Source of the DNA: Takakia lepidozioides
Lineage: Eukaryota > Plantae > Bryophyta
Direction of reading: 5' to 3'
Length of the DNA: 64,000 nt
Assembly (NCBI GenBank): GCA_030704615.1
Contig: CM060732.1
Span: 26,226,001-26,290,000 of the forward strand
Each line of letters begins with the position of its first letter. The first letter of the stretch is position 1. This document shows positions 1 to 16,446 of the stretch, piece after piece. The position numbers and the translations under genes are program-made. The notes below the pieces were generated by a model. That model worked only from the letters and a program-made list of their open reading frames with translations, was not told the DNA's origin and searched no databases.

Positions 1-1094
1 CCCGGCCAGGCCCTATATACCAGTCCAACACTGGTCGAAACGTCCAAACCAAAGCTGCAACTTTGAAACCCTGAAGAGAAACGCACCTTTTGTTATTCTC
101 ATGAAGGTCGAACTCTCTACATTGCTCCACACATGAGGTCCTCTGAAATCTGACCAACCCCTCCCCTTTGTGACCACTTAAGCCTTGAGGTTGGAAGTGA
201 AGACACCCGGACAACAACTTGAAGAACCTTTGATAGCATGGGCAAGGCAAGTTAAAGAGGAGGAAAAGTAAACATAGCTCCATCACGGAAGCTCGTTCTG
301 TTCTCGAGCATAGCTCAGAATATCCTGGGTCGTCCAAGTGCTACCAGGCCCGATGAATAGCGTAATCGTCTCCACCGTCATCATCGGCGGTGCCGTGGAG
401 TCATGCTCCAAAATAGGATTATAGAACCACAAGAAGTCATGAATCTTGGCATATTAGCCAGACCCTGAGACTAACGATGCGCTGCTAACCTTGTGGGACC
501 CTCCTTCCTGCACCTTCTCACCTGCATACTGTCATTCCACTTAGTCACAGTTGGGTCCTGTAAATAATCTGTGAACTGCTTCCATTCACTCCTCGCATCT
601 TTCCGAGTACCTAGTATCGCTGATCCGCAACCTCATTCTCGAACAATTGTATCCGTGTTTCTCTCGACAGTGAATCTGGATGTTGGCAGTCATGTGGATC
701 TAGTCCTGTGGATTTGAATGAAAGAAAACAGTGACTTGTCTCGGAGATGCGACTCTCCAGCAAGGAAGCTTCCTGGCCGCCATCGCAACGGAGACTACTT
801 CACACAGAAGACACACGGTGAGTCACCGGGATTATCCGGTCAAAAGCACAAATGACCGGATCTAGCTGATGCCAGACCGCCGAAAGAACGTCAGTTATCG
901 GCCACGCTGTGCTTATCCGTCCACTGATTCCTCCGCCGTCCCGCTATAAGCCGGCGTCCTTTCTCGTCTTGTCGTGGGAGGGAGCTGCCGATCGATCTGC
1001 GAGGATTGTTGGCCTCGGCTGTCAGTGTGGAATCATCTTGGGATTGTTGGTGTTGGCAGATTGGTTTGCTTGAGGGAAGTTGAAGCAGCGAAAG

Positions 1095-5227
<4,133 letters not shown>

Positions 5228-6378
5228 AAGTATGGGAGACTTAGGTGGAAGATTTTAGGGTCTATATTACAGGAATGAACTTCACATTGGTACACCTGAC
5301 CATTATCACTGTATAGAGATCAGTCCAAGAAGAAAATAACTCATCTATAAAAAAATCATGCTCCATCCATTTGTTCAGTTTTGTGATGTGGTGCTGCTGT
5401 GGAGCATCATACGCTCTTTAAGGTCTCCAACATTGGATTGGGACTCGCGGTTGTTGGTCTGGCCTTGATAGATGTCAATTTCGCAAGAGAAAACAGGTTG
5501 TCAAATTGGACCAAAATGTAGATGCTTCCATACTTGGCTCTACATGCCGACAAGGCAATTGCCACTTAGACATCTGACTCGAGACAATGTCTCCATGGAT
5601 CTGCTTGCCCTGTTCCTGTGCTGATGGAATGGAAAATGTATCATGAAAGTGAACTTGTCTGCCTCAGTCTCTCTGTAATGTCTTTAACCGCATCCTTGTT
5701 CACCAACGAATTCCTAAAGTATCGACATTGGTTATGTCATTCATGCAAATGCTCCTCAGTGGTTTGACATCAGACCACCAGATCAAATCAGATGTATGTT
5801 TGTCATTGTAACCACTCTCCACACATCTCTGCAGTGGCATCCAAATCTCTTCAGTGGCTACCAAAGCAATGAGCAAGGAAAACTAAGGCGGCTTGGGGCT
5901 CCCCGATTCATGGTGAGGGGAAGAGAAGGACTTAGCCGTGTGCAGGGTTCAGTCACCCTCATAAGAATCAGGATGGCCAGCAGAGTCCCGCCATACCTCT
6001 GTGATGGTTATTTTGTCGCCTCCTCCATTTCCCCCTCTAAGAGCAAGGTTGCACAGGCAGGTTTGTGTTGCCTTGCCAATAACTTAGGTGGCATAAGAGC
6101 ATCTCCACCCTATCCATTGAAAACTTAACTGGAAAGCTCCATATAGGGACACCTATTCCGTGCGCTAAATATTATTTTACGTCGCTCTCAATGCATCGAC
6201 CCACCGCAGACGCGGAAAAGCCAACGCTATATGCCGTCGGGCTCGCTGACGACGACCCCAACGGAATAGCATGTGGCGGGAAGCTACGAGAGCACTTCAA
6301 GGAGAAGCTGCGAGAGCGCTTCAATCTCAAGCGTTTTTTTCACAATTTTCTCACACATTCACTTTGTGTACACATACA

Positions 6379-7641
6379 ATGGATGCTTGGAGGCATGAAC
6401 TGAATCAAAATATTCAAGCTGAGATTAGGAGGGAGCTAGAAGATGATGATGATGATTTCATCATGGGGTGTTATTGCTACGGCTAGTTGTGATCATTCTT
6501 CGCGCAGGGTTAAAGCTAGGCGTGGATCGAGACCACGGAAAGACAGCTAATGTTGATAGAGAGAGGCACGCTGGACATGAGAGGATTTGGAGAGATTACT
6601 TCTTTGAATCACCTGTGTACGATGAGAGGACATTTCGCCGTCGGTTCAGGATGCGGAGGGATCTTTTCTTGAAGATTATGCACTCTGTTGTAGCCTATGA
6701 TCCTTATTTTAAGCAGAGGGTAGATGGGTGTGGACTGTTGGGTTTGTCGAGTATCCAGAATTGCACAGCGGCATTAAGGATAGTCGCTTATGGAGTAGCT
6801 GCCGATGTTGTTGATGAGTACTGGAGGTTGAGCGAATCCACTGCTATGGAGGCTTTGAAGATATTTGTGCATGCTGTTTGTGCCTGTTTTGAGGAAGAAT
6901 TCCTTCGTCAACCAACTGCACAAGACATACAGAGGCATATGCGGATCAACACTGCTCGAGGGTTTCCCGGTATGTTTGCTTCTTTAGATTGTATGCATTA
7001 TGTTTGGAAGAACTGTCCTGTTTCTTGGCAGGGCCAGTATCAAGATAAAGATGGAAACTGCAACATTGTGCTGGAGGCAATTGCCCCTCAGGATCTTTGG
7101 ATCTGGCACGCCTTCTTTGGGCTGCCAGGCGGAAACAATGACATTAACGTTCTGGATCGCTCTCCGTTTGTTGCAAATTTGCTCAAAGGAGAGGCTGAGA
7201 ATGTCACATTCATTGTCAACGACAGATGGCACATATCCCTTTTGGTTCATTTTTGTGACAATTCATGAGCCTCCAGACCAGAAGAGGGCGCATTTTGCGA
7301 TGATGCAAGAGTCAATGAGAAAGGACGTCGAGAGAGCTTTTGATGTACTACAAAGCAGGTTTTCAATCATACAAAACCCTTCAAGATAGTGCGACGTATA
7401 CACTATCAAATCTATCATGTTAGCATGTGTCATACTTCATAATATGATAATAGATGACGAGCGAGACACTTCTTTTGAAGGCCAATTTGATGAGCACCCA
7501 GTAGTGCCCATTCGTAGAGGTCTCAATTTTGAATCTTATCGTCTAGGTACTCTAGAAATTGAGAATTTTGAGCAGTACCACAGATTGAGAAATGACCTCA
7601 TTGAACACCAATGGGAGTTGAAAGGTACCACTATGTTTTGA
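6379..7641 (+). pseudogene. PIF/Harbinger DDE transposase, disrupted
   Basis: Motifs FRRRFRMRRDLF, RGFPGMFASLDCMH, WIWHAFFGLPGGNNDINVL, DGTYP, RKDVERAFDVLQSRF, ACVILHNMII, LRNDLIEHQW. Frameshifts near 6470 and 7225, and a TAG stop at ~7388. Confidence 0.92.
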
Positions 7642-7749
7642 TTGTACTCTATCAATAAAGTGTGTTACTTCATGTGCTTGACATGCATAAAGGATTCGGT
7701 TATGAATTATAGGATGTCAAGTGCAATATTTTACGTTTTGTGAGGCATA

Positions 7750-8190
7750 TTCACAAATTGGGGCATAACTTTATGCCAACAAATGAGAATGGAATGTAAG
7801 AGGGCTCCTCACATGCCTAGTGAAGCCCCCCACCTACTGCAGCCTTGAGTTTGCACCAAAAACATCTCAAAGTCTGGTTTGTATGATGTGAGTCAATTTC
7901 TAGGTTTTGGAGCACATCTTCACAAATTGGGCCATACCTTCATGCCAACAAATGAGAATGGCATATGGGAGGGGCTCTACACATTGGTAGTGAGCCCCCC
8001 TACACCTACTACAGCCCTCAATTTGCACCAAAAACATCATGAAGATTGAATTATATGATGCTAAGGCTCATTTTCTAGGTTTTGGAACAGATATTCACAA
8101 ATTGGGGCATATCTTCATGCCAACAAATGAGAATGGCATGTGGGAGGGCTCTATACATTGGTAGTGAGGCCCCCCACCTACTGCAGCCCT
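7750..8190 (+). repeat. ~170-bp tandem repeat A, about 2.5 copies
   Basis: Recurring TTCACAAATTGGG..CAT...ATGCCAACAAATGAGAATGG...CCCACCTACT.CAGCC at ~7750, ~7920 and ~8094. Confidence 0.85.
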
Positions 8191-8192
8191 AA

Positions 8193-8207
8193 GAGCATCT
8201 CCACCCT
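8193..8207 (+). mobile_element. Second Harbinger-type terminus, in the same orientation as the first
   Basis: TAA (8190-8192) plus GAGCATCTCCACCCT, identical to 6097-6111; it truncates the third copy of repeat A. Confidence 0.8.
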
Positions 8208-8399
8208 CACGCGGAATACCTCCTGCCAACGCCAAAGGGCCATTTTCAGTGTCGTTTTGGACACAAACGACACCCCACCCTCTGTACGGAACTTTAAATC
8301 CCGTAATGTACGGGCACGGAAAATGGTTCCGCACACAGAATAATCGTACTTCTTTCAGTGCGCTGAACAAGCAACAGAACAGGCCTCATCGTCAGGATC

Positions 8400-9100
8400 A
8401 TGACGACCTCTAGAGCGCTCTCGCAGCTTCCTGCCACGTGTGTTCCATTGGCTCAACCTGCTCTTACCAAACGCTCGAAGGGGAAGAATTTCTCGGTGGA
8501 AGAGGAGCGGCAACTATGTAGATTGTTTCTGGCTGTGTCACAAGACCCGATTACTGGCAACGGCCAAAAATCCGAAGCATTTTGGAAGAGGGTTGGTTTC
8601 CATTTCAACTGCAAGCGCCCTGCTGGTTTGCCTGAGCGGCCATCGGCGAAGCCTGGAATCAAAGTGGCAAACGGTCCGCCACGATGTGAGCAAATGGATA
8701 GGAGTGTATGGGCAGGTAGTGGCATTGAGAGAGTGTGGCACTTCAGAGGACGACCAAATGCAGAAGGCGTTGAAACTCTATGTGGACAAACACCCTAAAA
8801 ACCAATCGTTTGTGTTTCTTCACTATTGGGAGATCTTAAGGCAAGTGCCGCATTGGGCAGAGCTGCGCCTTGACGATTGCAAGAAGACTCCAGAAATGAA
8901 ATGAAAGCGGCCGCTTCCCTCAGGCGAGGTAGACGACATCCATGTGGTGGAGGACGATGCAGATGCTTTGGGGAATGAACAGCCTGCAGCCGCTTCAAAT
9001 AGAGGTTTTCCGAAGCGCCCTCAAGGTACAAAGGCTGCAAATGATGATCAGAGAGACAAACGAGTAGCTGAACTTGCAATGAGGGCCCAGACAACCGCAA
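8400..9100 (+). pseudogene. Harbinger ORF1 Myb/SANT-like (NAM-associated/GST-T3-like) DNA-binding protein, frameshifted
   Basis: NFSVEEERQLC..FLAVSQDPITGNGQKSEAFWKRV, a frameshift at ~8645, then SLESKW..V..DVSKW, FVFLHYWEILRQVPHW and a KRPQGTKAA motif at ~9015. Confidence 0.88.
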
Positions 9101-9510
9101 TCTTGAATACTTGAGGTTGCGACGCTCTGAGGAGCTGTTGAAGGTGAAGTTCCGTATCCAAGGTATGAAGGCTGCCGAGGTCACCCAAGCGAAGACCAAT
9201 CCTCCCCCAATTATTCCCCCTGCTTCTGTTCCAATTCCTGTAAGTCAGCAGTCACTGACAGAGCAGCCTAGTCCAACAGATTTTGTTGTGAACCTATCTC
9301 CCAAATTCAATCAACTGTTCATTGCAGAAAACCAAGGTTCTTTCCGTCCATACCAAGAGTATTTCAAGCCAGTAGAGAACAGAAGTGAGGCAGTCAGACC
9401 TGCGAACCAATTTATTCCTCCCCGTCGTGTTGATGATCAAGTGTGTTGTTGATGAGTCACAAGGAGAGGATTCAGAGTATAGAGTGGATTGCACATTCAA
9501 ATAAGAGAGA

Positions 9511-9901
9511 CTAGCACTCAGACAGCCCTACCATCACACAAAATTGCTTCAATTTGCATGTAGTGTGGCTTCATAGATTCCTAACAAGTGCTATGACAAT
9601 TGTATCAGGGCCTCCAGAGCCTAACATTTTCTTAATACATTGTGGACAGGCCCCAAGCACATCTTTTATTTCTTGTTTGTGTTTTTGTACATACTAGCAC
9701 TCAGACAGCCCTACCATCGCAAAAAATTGGTTCAATTTGCATGTAGTGTGGCTTCATAGATTCCTAACAAGTGCTATGATGATTGTGTCAGGGCCTCCAG
9801 AGCCTAACATTTTTTTAATACATTGTGGACATTCCCCAAGCACATCTGAAATTTCTTGTTTGTGTTTTCGTACATACTAGCACTCAGACAGCCCTACCAT
9901 C
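9511..9901 (+). repeat. ~183-bp tandem repeat B, 2 full copies plus the start of a third
   Basis: CTAGCACTCAGACAGCCCTACCATC recurs at ~9511, ~9694 and ~9877 with near-identical intervening sequence. Confidence 0.9.
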
Positions 9902-9937
9902 GCACCCATTGGTTAGTTTTGCTTATGGTGTGGCTTA

Positions 9938-10270
9938 GTAGGTGGGGGGCCACACTAAGAATGTGTGGAGCCCTCCCCCATGCCATTCTCATTTTTTGGC
10001 ATCAACATATGCCCCAGTTTGTGAGTATGTCTTCGAAAACCACAATGTGTCAACTTAGCATCATATCATTCCATGTATTTGACATTCTTTGTGAGAATTC
10101 AGGGCTGCAGTACGTGGGGGGCTTCACTGGAAATGTGTGGAGCCCTCTCACATTCCATTCTCATTTGTTGGCATGAAGATATGGCCCAATTTGTGAATAT
10201 GTCTTCCAAAACTTAGAAAATGAGTCTTAGCATCCTACAATTCAACATTTGAGATGTTTTTGGTGAAAAC
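9938..10270 (-). repeat. Inverted copies (about 2) of tandem repeat A
   Basis: CCATTCTCATTTGTTGGCATGAAGATATGGCCCAATTTGTGAA is the reverse complement of repeat A. Confidence 0.85.
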
Positions 10271-11259
10271 TAATAAATGAGCCAAAGTGTTACCCTTGAA
10301 ATATGGCCGCTTAGCATCACATTCTATGGTAATTATCACATGCCGTGTAGCTACCGTGAGCCTAGTGAGGGTAACGAACACACTATTTTTCATCCACGAA
10401 CTATGGATGACGAATTGCTGCAATATGTTTCTCCCTGATTTTTGGTTGCATGCACTCGTGACTCAATCTACAACTTCAAAGATGCATTTGATCGCACTGA
10501 GATATATTCAATTGATTTCACAATCTTACATTGTTTATATTGTTCTTTTGCATAAAATATATTTTCAAGCAAAATGAACATTGTTCTTAGAAGTCGTTAC
10601 TAGCTTGAGTAGTGCGGAGCAACGCATAGCCCTAGTACAAAATAACAAACGGCTAGTTGTGTATGGCTCTTTGTGAATAATGAAAAATGTTTTTTCATCC
10701 ATAATGAACTTGAAAAATGATCTTTTTATTTCTCATAAGTTGTTCAGTACCAGAGGAGCCAATAAAAGGAAAGTGACATGCAACTTAGTGGCTAGCTGCA
10801 ATCAGTGAATGTGGGATGGTTAGGGTACAAATCTTGCATGATGTGCTCAGATACAATTTTTTGAGGTTGGAATAACTAATAAATTCTCTCAATCAGCAGT
10901 TCACAACTTCACAGGCTGCTAAACTTCGACATAACCAAGAAAAAAACTCAATGCTCATGCCTTGTTTTCTAGGCCTTCCGCATTGCTGCTCTATGGAACA
11001 TCTAGAAAACAAGGTGTCATAGAGGTCCTGCATTTCTCTTTTACTTAAAGTTATTTTCCTACATGTTCAAACTGAAGCAAGGAAGGCTTGGGTCAAAAGG
11101 CATGCAGACATCTGCATGGATCCCTTAGCTCTTCAACAAATTCAAAACTACCTTTGGGTGGAATCGTATCCTATGCATATGCGCTCGTCAGCCCAATGTC
11201 ACTGGTCCCCACATCCTCCTCTCATCTGGCAAGGAAATCAAACTCCCATCCGTGAGATT

Positions 11260-11491
11260 CTGGAATTCGAGAGGGAGATCAATTGGAAGCACCTTTTGGG
11301 TCGGTGTGAAGCTTGGCGGCGCTCAGAAGCTCGGCTCAGCTTCACTAGTCTCTCTGCAATCCATCGCTCTGCCACTCCCTCCAGCTCGGGTTGTTGGCTG
11401 TAAGCCTTGGCAGCTCTCCCGTAGCATGTTCTGTGGCTTCCCCCGGGCTGTCAGTTCCTCTTATGGCTAATGCGTAGATGTAATACTCCAC
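11260..11491 (+). repeat. ~230-bp direct repeat, copy 1; partner at 17766-17986
   Basis: GGAATTCGAGAGGGAG...GCAATCCATCGCT...CTCGGGTTGTTGGCTGTAAGCC...CTTATGGCTAATGC is shared by both copies. Confidence 0.85.
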
Positions 11492-11629
11492 TTCTATGCA
11501 TTTTCATGTCGTAGGAACCCAATGTCACTCAAGCTCTCTTTTCCCATCCACCGGTCCAGGCGTGATCAGTTTAGTTCCTGCAGCTCCATTGTAGTTTGTG
11601 ATCTTTGTCTAGGTGTTTCGCTTCCTACC

Positions 11630-14600
11630 TATCACGAGAATGAATGTATTCATCCCCTATTAGATATGTAAAGACACATAACTGTAGATATCCTTAATAA
11701 GGAGTGTGACTGATGGGGTTCAGATGTGAAACGAAGCGGAAAGAGACTCAAGAGATCTCGTTGGCCACGAGAAGACACGGAGATTGAAAGTGAGACTCGA
11801 AAGCAATAAGTAAAAAAGAAGAGAAAGAGCCAGAGAGATACAATGGATCTAGAAGAGGAGCTCTAGACTAGGGAGTATCAAAGAGAGAGAAAGAAAAGAA
11901 TATACATAGATAAAGACCTGACAACTTATGTAATATGTTTTCTTCTTTATAAATGTATTCAATACCTGAAAGTTGTGTCTCTAGGATTAATGGAATAGTA
12001 TGAGTAGTTTCATTATAGTTGGTATCAGAGCGAACTAAGAAGATCCTAAGACCTGAAGCTATGAATAACGTTCTATCAGTAGCAACTAAAGAAGTTGACT
12101 GAAAGAGAATGTTAGATAGCAACAGGGTTATATTGAAGATTAAATCAGAATAGTCTCATTTTGATGCTATAGAAAAGTAGTGATCAAAAGCAATCCTATA
12201 CTTTTGAGGAATTGGCCCAATTAAGAATAGCTGAGGCTGAAGCAAGGGCTCAGAGTCGTGCTTTTCGTCAGGAGTTGAAAGGAGTTGAAAGAAGTTCTAG
12301 AACGCTCAAAATGAAGTCGTCTAATACTACGAACTTAGTAGAAGGAAAAGAAAGTTCTATAAGTCTAAAAATATTTAGTAGTATGGACAACTGTAGTGAG
12401 ATTGAAGCCATGCAATCTAAGATGGAGGATTTAAAAGACCAAATTTGAAAGTTACAAGAAATAACTAAGTTAACCATGAAGAGCAATCCCTTTAAGGACG
12501 GTGAGCAGAATACGAAAAATGTATTCAAGCCTCATCCCCCATCTGAATTCTTCGAAAAAAAAGATGTAAAAACAACGGAGCTCTGGCTATTTTCAGTCGA
12601 GCAATATGCGCTTGCAAAGAAAAGCACCTCGGAAGAAGAGATGATCCGTTTTGGATCAACCTTTTTCAACGGTTTTGCAGCAGATTGGTGGCTGGACAAA
12701 ACAATGCATTGGAAAAAATATCCTGATGAGCGGATTGAAACTTGGGAGGCATTCCCAACAATTGTTTTGACTGAATTTACGCCCTTGAATGAGGCCTCGA
12801 AAATCAGAGAACAATGGTACAGTATTAGACAAACTAAATCTGTACGAGATTATATCTCTGAGTATAGAATGATTATGATCGGCCTAAAAGACTTGGTGGA
12901 GGTGGACCGCATAATACGCTTCATATATGGCTTAAAACCATATTTCAAAAGAGAAGTAGAAAACAAGATCCAAGGAGTCTTGGCGATGCATATAGAATGG
13001 CCGACCGTTTGGAAATCCTCGATAACAATGTTCTGATGGCAGATAGGGATAAATCTCACACTTTTGTCCGAAGAGATCAGGGACAAGAAAGAGGTGAGAG
13101 TTTTAGCAAAAATGGCAAGCACCAACGGTTTAATAAACCAGGTGGGCTACCACATCTAGGTTCTGATCATAAGCAGGTGATTGAACTAGATAGGCAAAAG
13201 CCAAAATTCAATAAAGGCAATCCCATTAAGGCTAAGTTCACCCCGGGAACAAAAAAATTCAGAGGAGAAAAGAAAGGGCCAAAGTGCTTTGCATACAATG
13301 AGTGAAAGAAGTGAACATGGTGGAGAAGAAAGGAGGTCAAGCTCTCAGTTGGAAGATGACGAGAACTTAATGGGCTACAATTAAGTAATTACGAAATCCT
13401 CCAAGTACATCCTCCATTAAATAAGGGCCAAGCGGCAAAGAAATCTGGAAGAAGAAGTTGTCGAGAGTACTAGTGGAATTAGTTACAAAGTCACTGAGGA
13501 AACAATAACACCTGCCATATTAAATACTGGTACTTCCTCCTAACTTCATTTGCGAGGATATATGTTGGGTAAAAAATAGTATCATTCATAATTGATACTA
13601 GGGCCATCCATTTTTTGTCTAAAAGGATAGTCAAAAGTTAGTGGTTCGGATTGAGACAACTCATGTTTAGGAGTAAGTGTTAAATTAGCTACATGAAGAA
13701 TTGAGAAATATTCTTTGATAGTGAACCAGTTACCCATTAACCTAGGGGAATTAATAGAGAATGTTTCTTTCTCGGTAGTGCCATTAGGTGAACATGATGG
13801 TGCTCTAGGAATGGAATGGCTAAGAGCTCACAAGGCACTATTAATTGTCAAAAAATATTATTAAGTTATTTGATAAAAACAATAAGGAACTTTGTCTTTA
13901 AAATTTCAAGCCCCTTAAGGAAGGGTCAAGAGACAATTTTGTCTGCAATGCAATTCAAGAAGCATGTAAGAAAAGGCTTATCAGGAGGCTTTTTGTATTT
14001 GGTAGAGAAGAAAGAAGATAAACCTAAGCAACAAATCCCTCCAAAAGCAGAGGCCTTGTTGAAAGAGTTTCATCATGTCTTTCCTAAAGATCTACCAAAC
14101 GAATTGTCTCCCTCAAGGGGTATAGAACATCTCATTGAATTGTTACCTGGGACAAGTCCCATGGCTAAAGCTCCATATAGGTTAAGTTTTGCAGAGTTGA
14201 AAGAACTTAACGCAATTAGAAGACCTATTGAAGAAAGGCTTTATAAGACCCCCTAAGTCCCCATATATGGTTCTCCCATCCTCTTTGTAACTAAGAAAGA
14301 TAAAACAAAGCGGATGTGTGTGGATTACCGTGCTTTGAATAAAGCCACAATAAAGAATAAGTGTCCACTTCCGAGGATTGACGATGTACTAGATCAGTTG
14401 CATGGATCAACTGTATTTAGTAAGATAGACCTACGATCACGCTATCATCAAATCCGGATAAAGACAAGTGACATAGAGAAAATTGCATGTCGCACTAGAT
14501 ATGGGAGTTATGGATACTTAGTAATGTCATTTGGGCTTACTAATGCACCAGCAACCTTCATGATTCTTGTGAATAAAATGCTTCGTCAATTCTTGGATAA

Positions 14601-16003
14601 GTTTGTAGTGGTATATTTAGATGATATACTCATCTACAGTAAGTCAATGGAAGAGCACAAAAAATAACAAGTCTTTATGGTTTTGTCCGAGAATAAACTC
14701 TACGCAAATCCAAATGTAAGTTTTTTGTGAAATCCATTGAATTTCTTAGTCACATTATCAGTGATCAAGGTATTGCTATGGATCCCAAGAAAATTCAAGC
14801 TATTATGGATTGGGTAGTACCAAGAAATATATGCGAACTCCAATCTTTTTTTAGGACTTGCAAATTTTTATAGAAAATATGTGTATGCATTTTCATGAAT
14901 GTTTGTAACACTAACGGATTTGTTAAAGAAAGACGCTAGCCATGTGTGGACTTCTCGGTGTCAAGAGACCTTTTAAAAGTTAAAGGAAAAATTAGTCACC
15001 GCTCCTGTATTAAAAATTGCACAACCTGATAGGCTATTGAGGTGCATACCGATGCGTTTCAAACTGCGTTTGGTACAGTATTATATTAGGATGGGCACCC
15101 AGTTGCCTATGAGTCTAAGAAGCTCAATAATGTTGATTATCTCGTTCATGAATTGGAGCTATATGCCATTGTTCATGCTCTTCGTACTTGGCGACATTAT
15201 CTAATGGAAAAAAAAGTTCACCGTTATCACTGATAATGTTAGTTTGAAGTTTTTTTTAAGCTCAGCCTAACTTGTCAACGAGACAAGCGCAGTGGCAAGA
15301 CTTCATTGCTTTATTTGATTACGATTTGCAATATATGTTGAACCCATAGATCCTACCGTGGTTCATTGTCCAGATCCAATACGATTCATAGAAGGTGATG
15401 TTACTTATGAAGTAGAAACTTTCTTGGATTATGGGGTACGAAAGTATGGACATGGATACCATGAAGAGTATCTCGTTGCTTGGAAAAGGTTATCCAGCAA
15501 GCGAAGTTACGTGGAACCATTTCTCATCTAGAAGAATATGGTGAGAAGATGACGGCTTATCAAATTGCTCATCGAGAGCGATGAGGTTTCCGCAGAGGGA
15601 GAGAATGTCACGAGAATGAATGTGTTCATCCCCTATTAGATATGTAAAGACACATAACTGTAGATATCCTTAATAAGGGGTGTGACTGATGGGGTTTAGA
15701 TGTGAATCGAAGCAGAAAGAGACTCAAGAGATCTCATTGGCCAGGAGGAGACACGAAGGTTGAAAGTGAGACTCGAGAGCTATAAGTAAAAAAATAAAAA
15801 ATAAAAGAGCCAGAGAGATACAATGGATCTAGAAGATGAGCTCTAGACTAGGGAGTATAAAAGAGAGGGGAAGAAAAGTATATACATAGAGGATACATAG
15901 ACACTAACAACCTATGTAATATTTTGTCTTCTTTATAAATGTATTCAATACCTGAAAGTTGTGTTTCTAGGATTAATGGAATAGTATGAGTAGTTTCATT
16001 ACA
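11630..16003 (+). mobile_element. Ty3/gypsy chromovirus-type LTR retrotransposon, decayed, integrase core deleted
   Basis: 5' LTR 11630-12017; PBS TGGTATCAGAGC 12020-12031; gag ~12212-13305; protease remnant (IIDT) ~13590; RT ([10 protein letters not shown]...YLDDILIYS) 14314-14667; RNase H to ~15330; chromodomain (YEVETFLD...EYLVAWK) ~15400-15540; PPT 15594-15605; 3' LTR 15606-16003 (TG..CA). Confidence 0.93.
12020..12031 (+). promoter_or_regulatory. Primer-binding site complementary to tRNA-iMet
   Basis: TGGTATCAGAGC, 2 nt after the LTR end. Confidence 0.92.
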
Positions 16004-16446
16004 ATGGTGAACTTAGCCTTAATGGGATTGTCTTTATTGAATATTGGCTTTTGCCTATCTAGTTCAATCACCTGCTTGTGATCAGAACCTAGATGTGGTA
16101 GGCCACTTGGTTTATTAAGCCGTTGGTGCTTGCCATTTTTGCTAAAACTCCCACCTCTTTCTTGTCCCTGATCTCTTCCGACAAAAATATGAGATTTATC
16201 CCTATCTGCTACTAGAACATTGTTATCGAGGATTTCCAAACGGTTGGCCATTCTATATGCATCGCCAAGACTCGTTGGTTCTTGTTTTTCTACTTCTCTT
16301 TTGAAGTAGGGCTTTAAGCCATATATGAAGCATATTATGCGGTCCACCTCCACCGTGTCTTTTAGGCCGAGCATAATCGTTCTATACTCTGAAATATAAT
16401 CTCGTACAGATCTAGTTTGTCTAATACTGTACCATTGTTTTCTGAT
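16004..16446 (-). mobile_element. Inverted gag fragment of the same gypsy family
   Basis: ORF 15973-16458(-) QWYSIRQTRSVRDYISEYR...KAKFT matches the + strand gag at ~12805-13242. Confidence 0.92.

Larger units (their letters stand above)
6097..8190 (+). mobile_element. PIF/Harbinger DNA transposon, left part; right terminus not found
   Basis: TAA at 6094-6096 is followed by the Harbinger/Tourist-type terminus GAGCATCTCCACCCT, with a DDE transposase downstream. Confidence 0.8.

Noticed and set aside
1-850. Possible TE remnant upstream of the thiolase
   Set aside because: No diagnostic motif or terminus recognised.
7750-10270. Regularly spaced repeats as a CRISPR-like array
   Set aside because: Whole units are homologous (no unique spacers), the context is eukaryotic, and there are no cas genes.
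12723-12741. CTGATGAG...GAAAC hammerhead-ribozyme-like core
   Set aside because: Lies in gag coding sequence (PDERIET); no convincing helix II or flanking stems.
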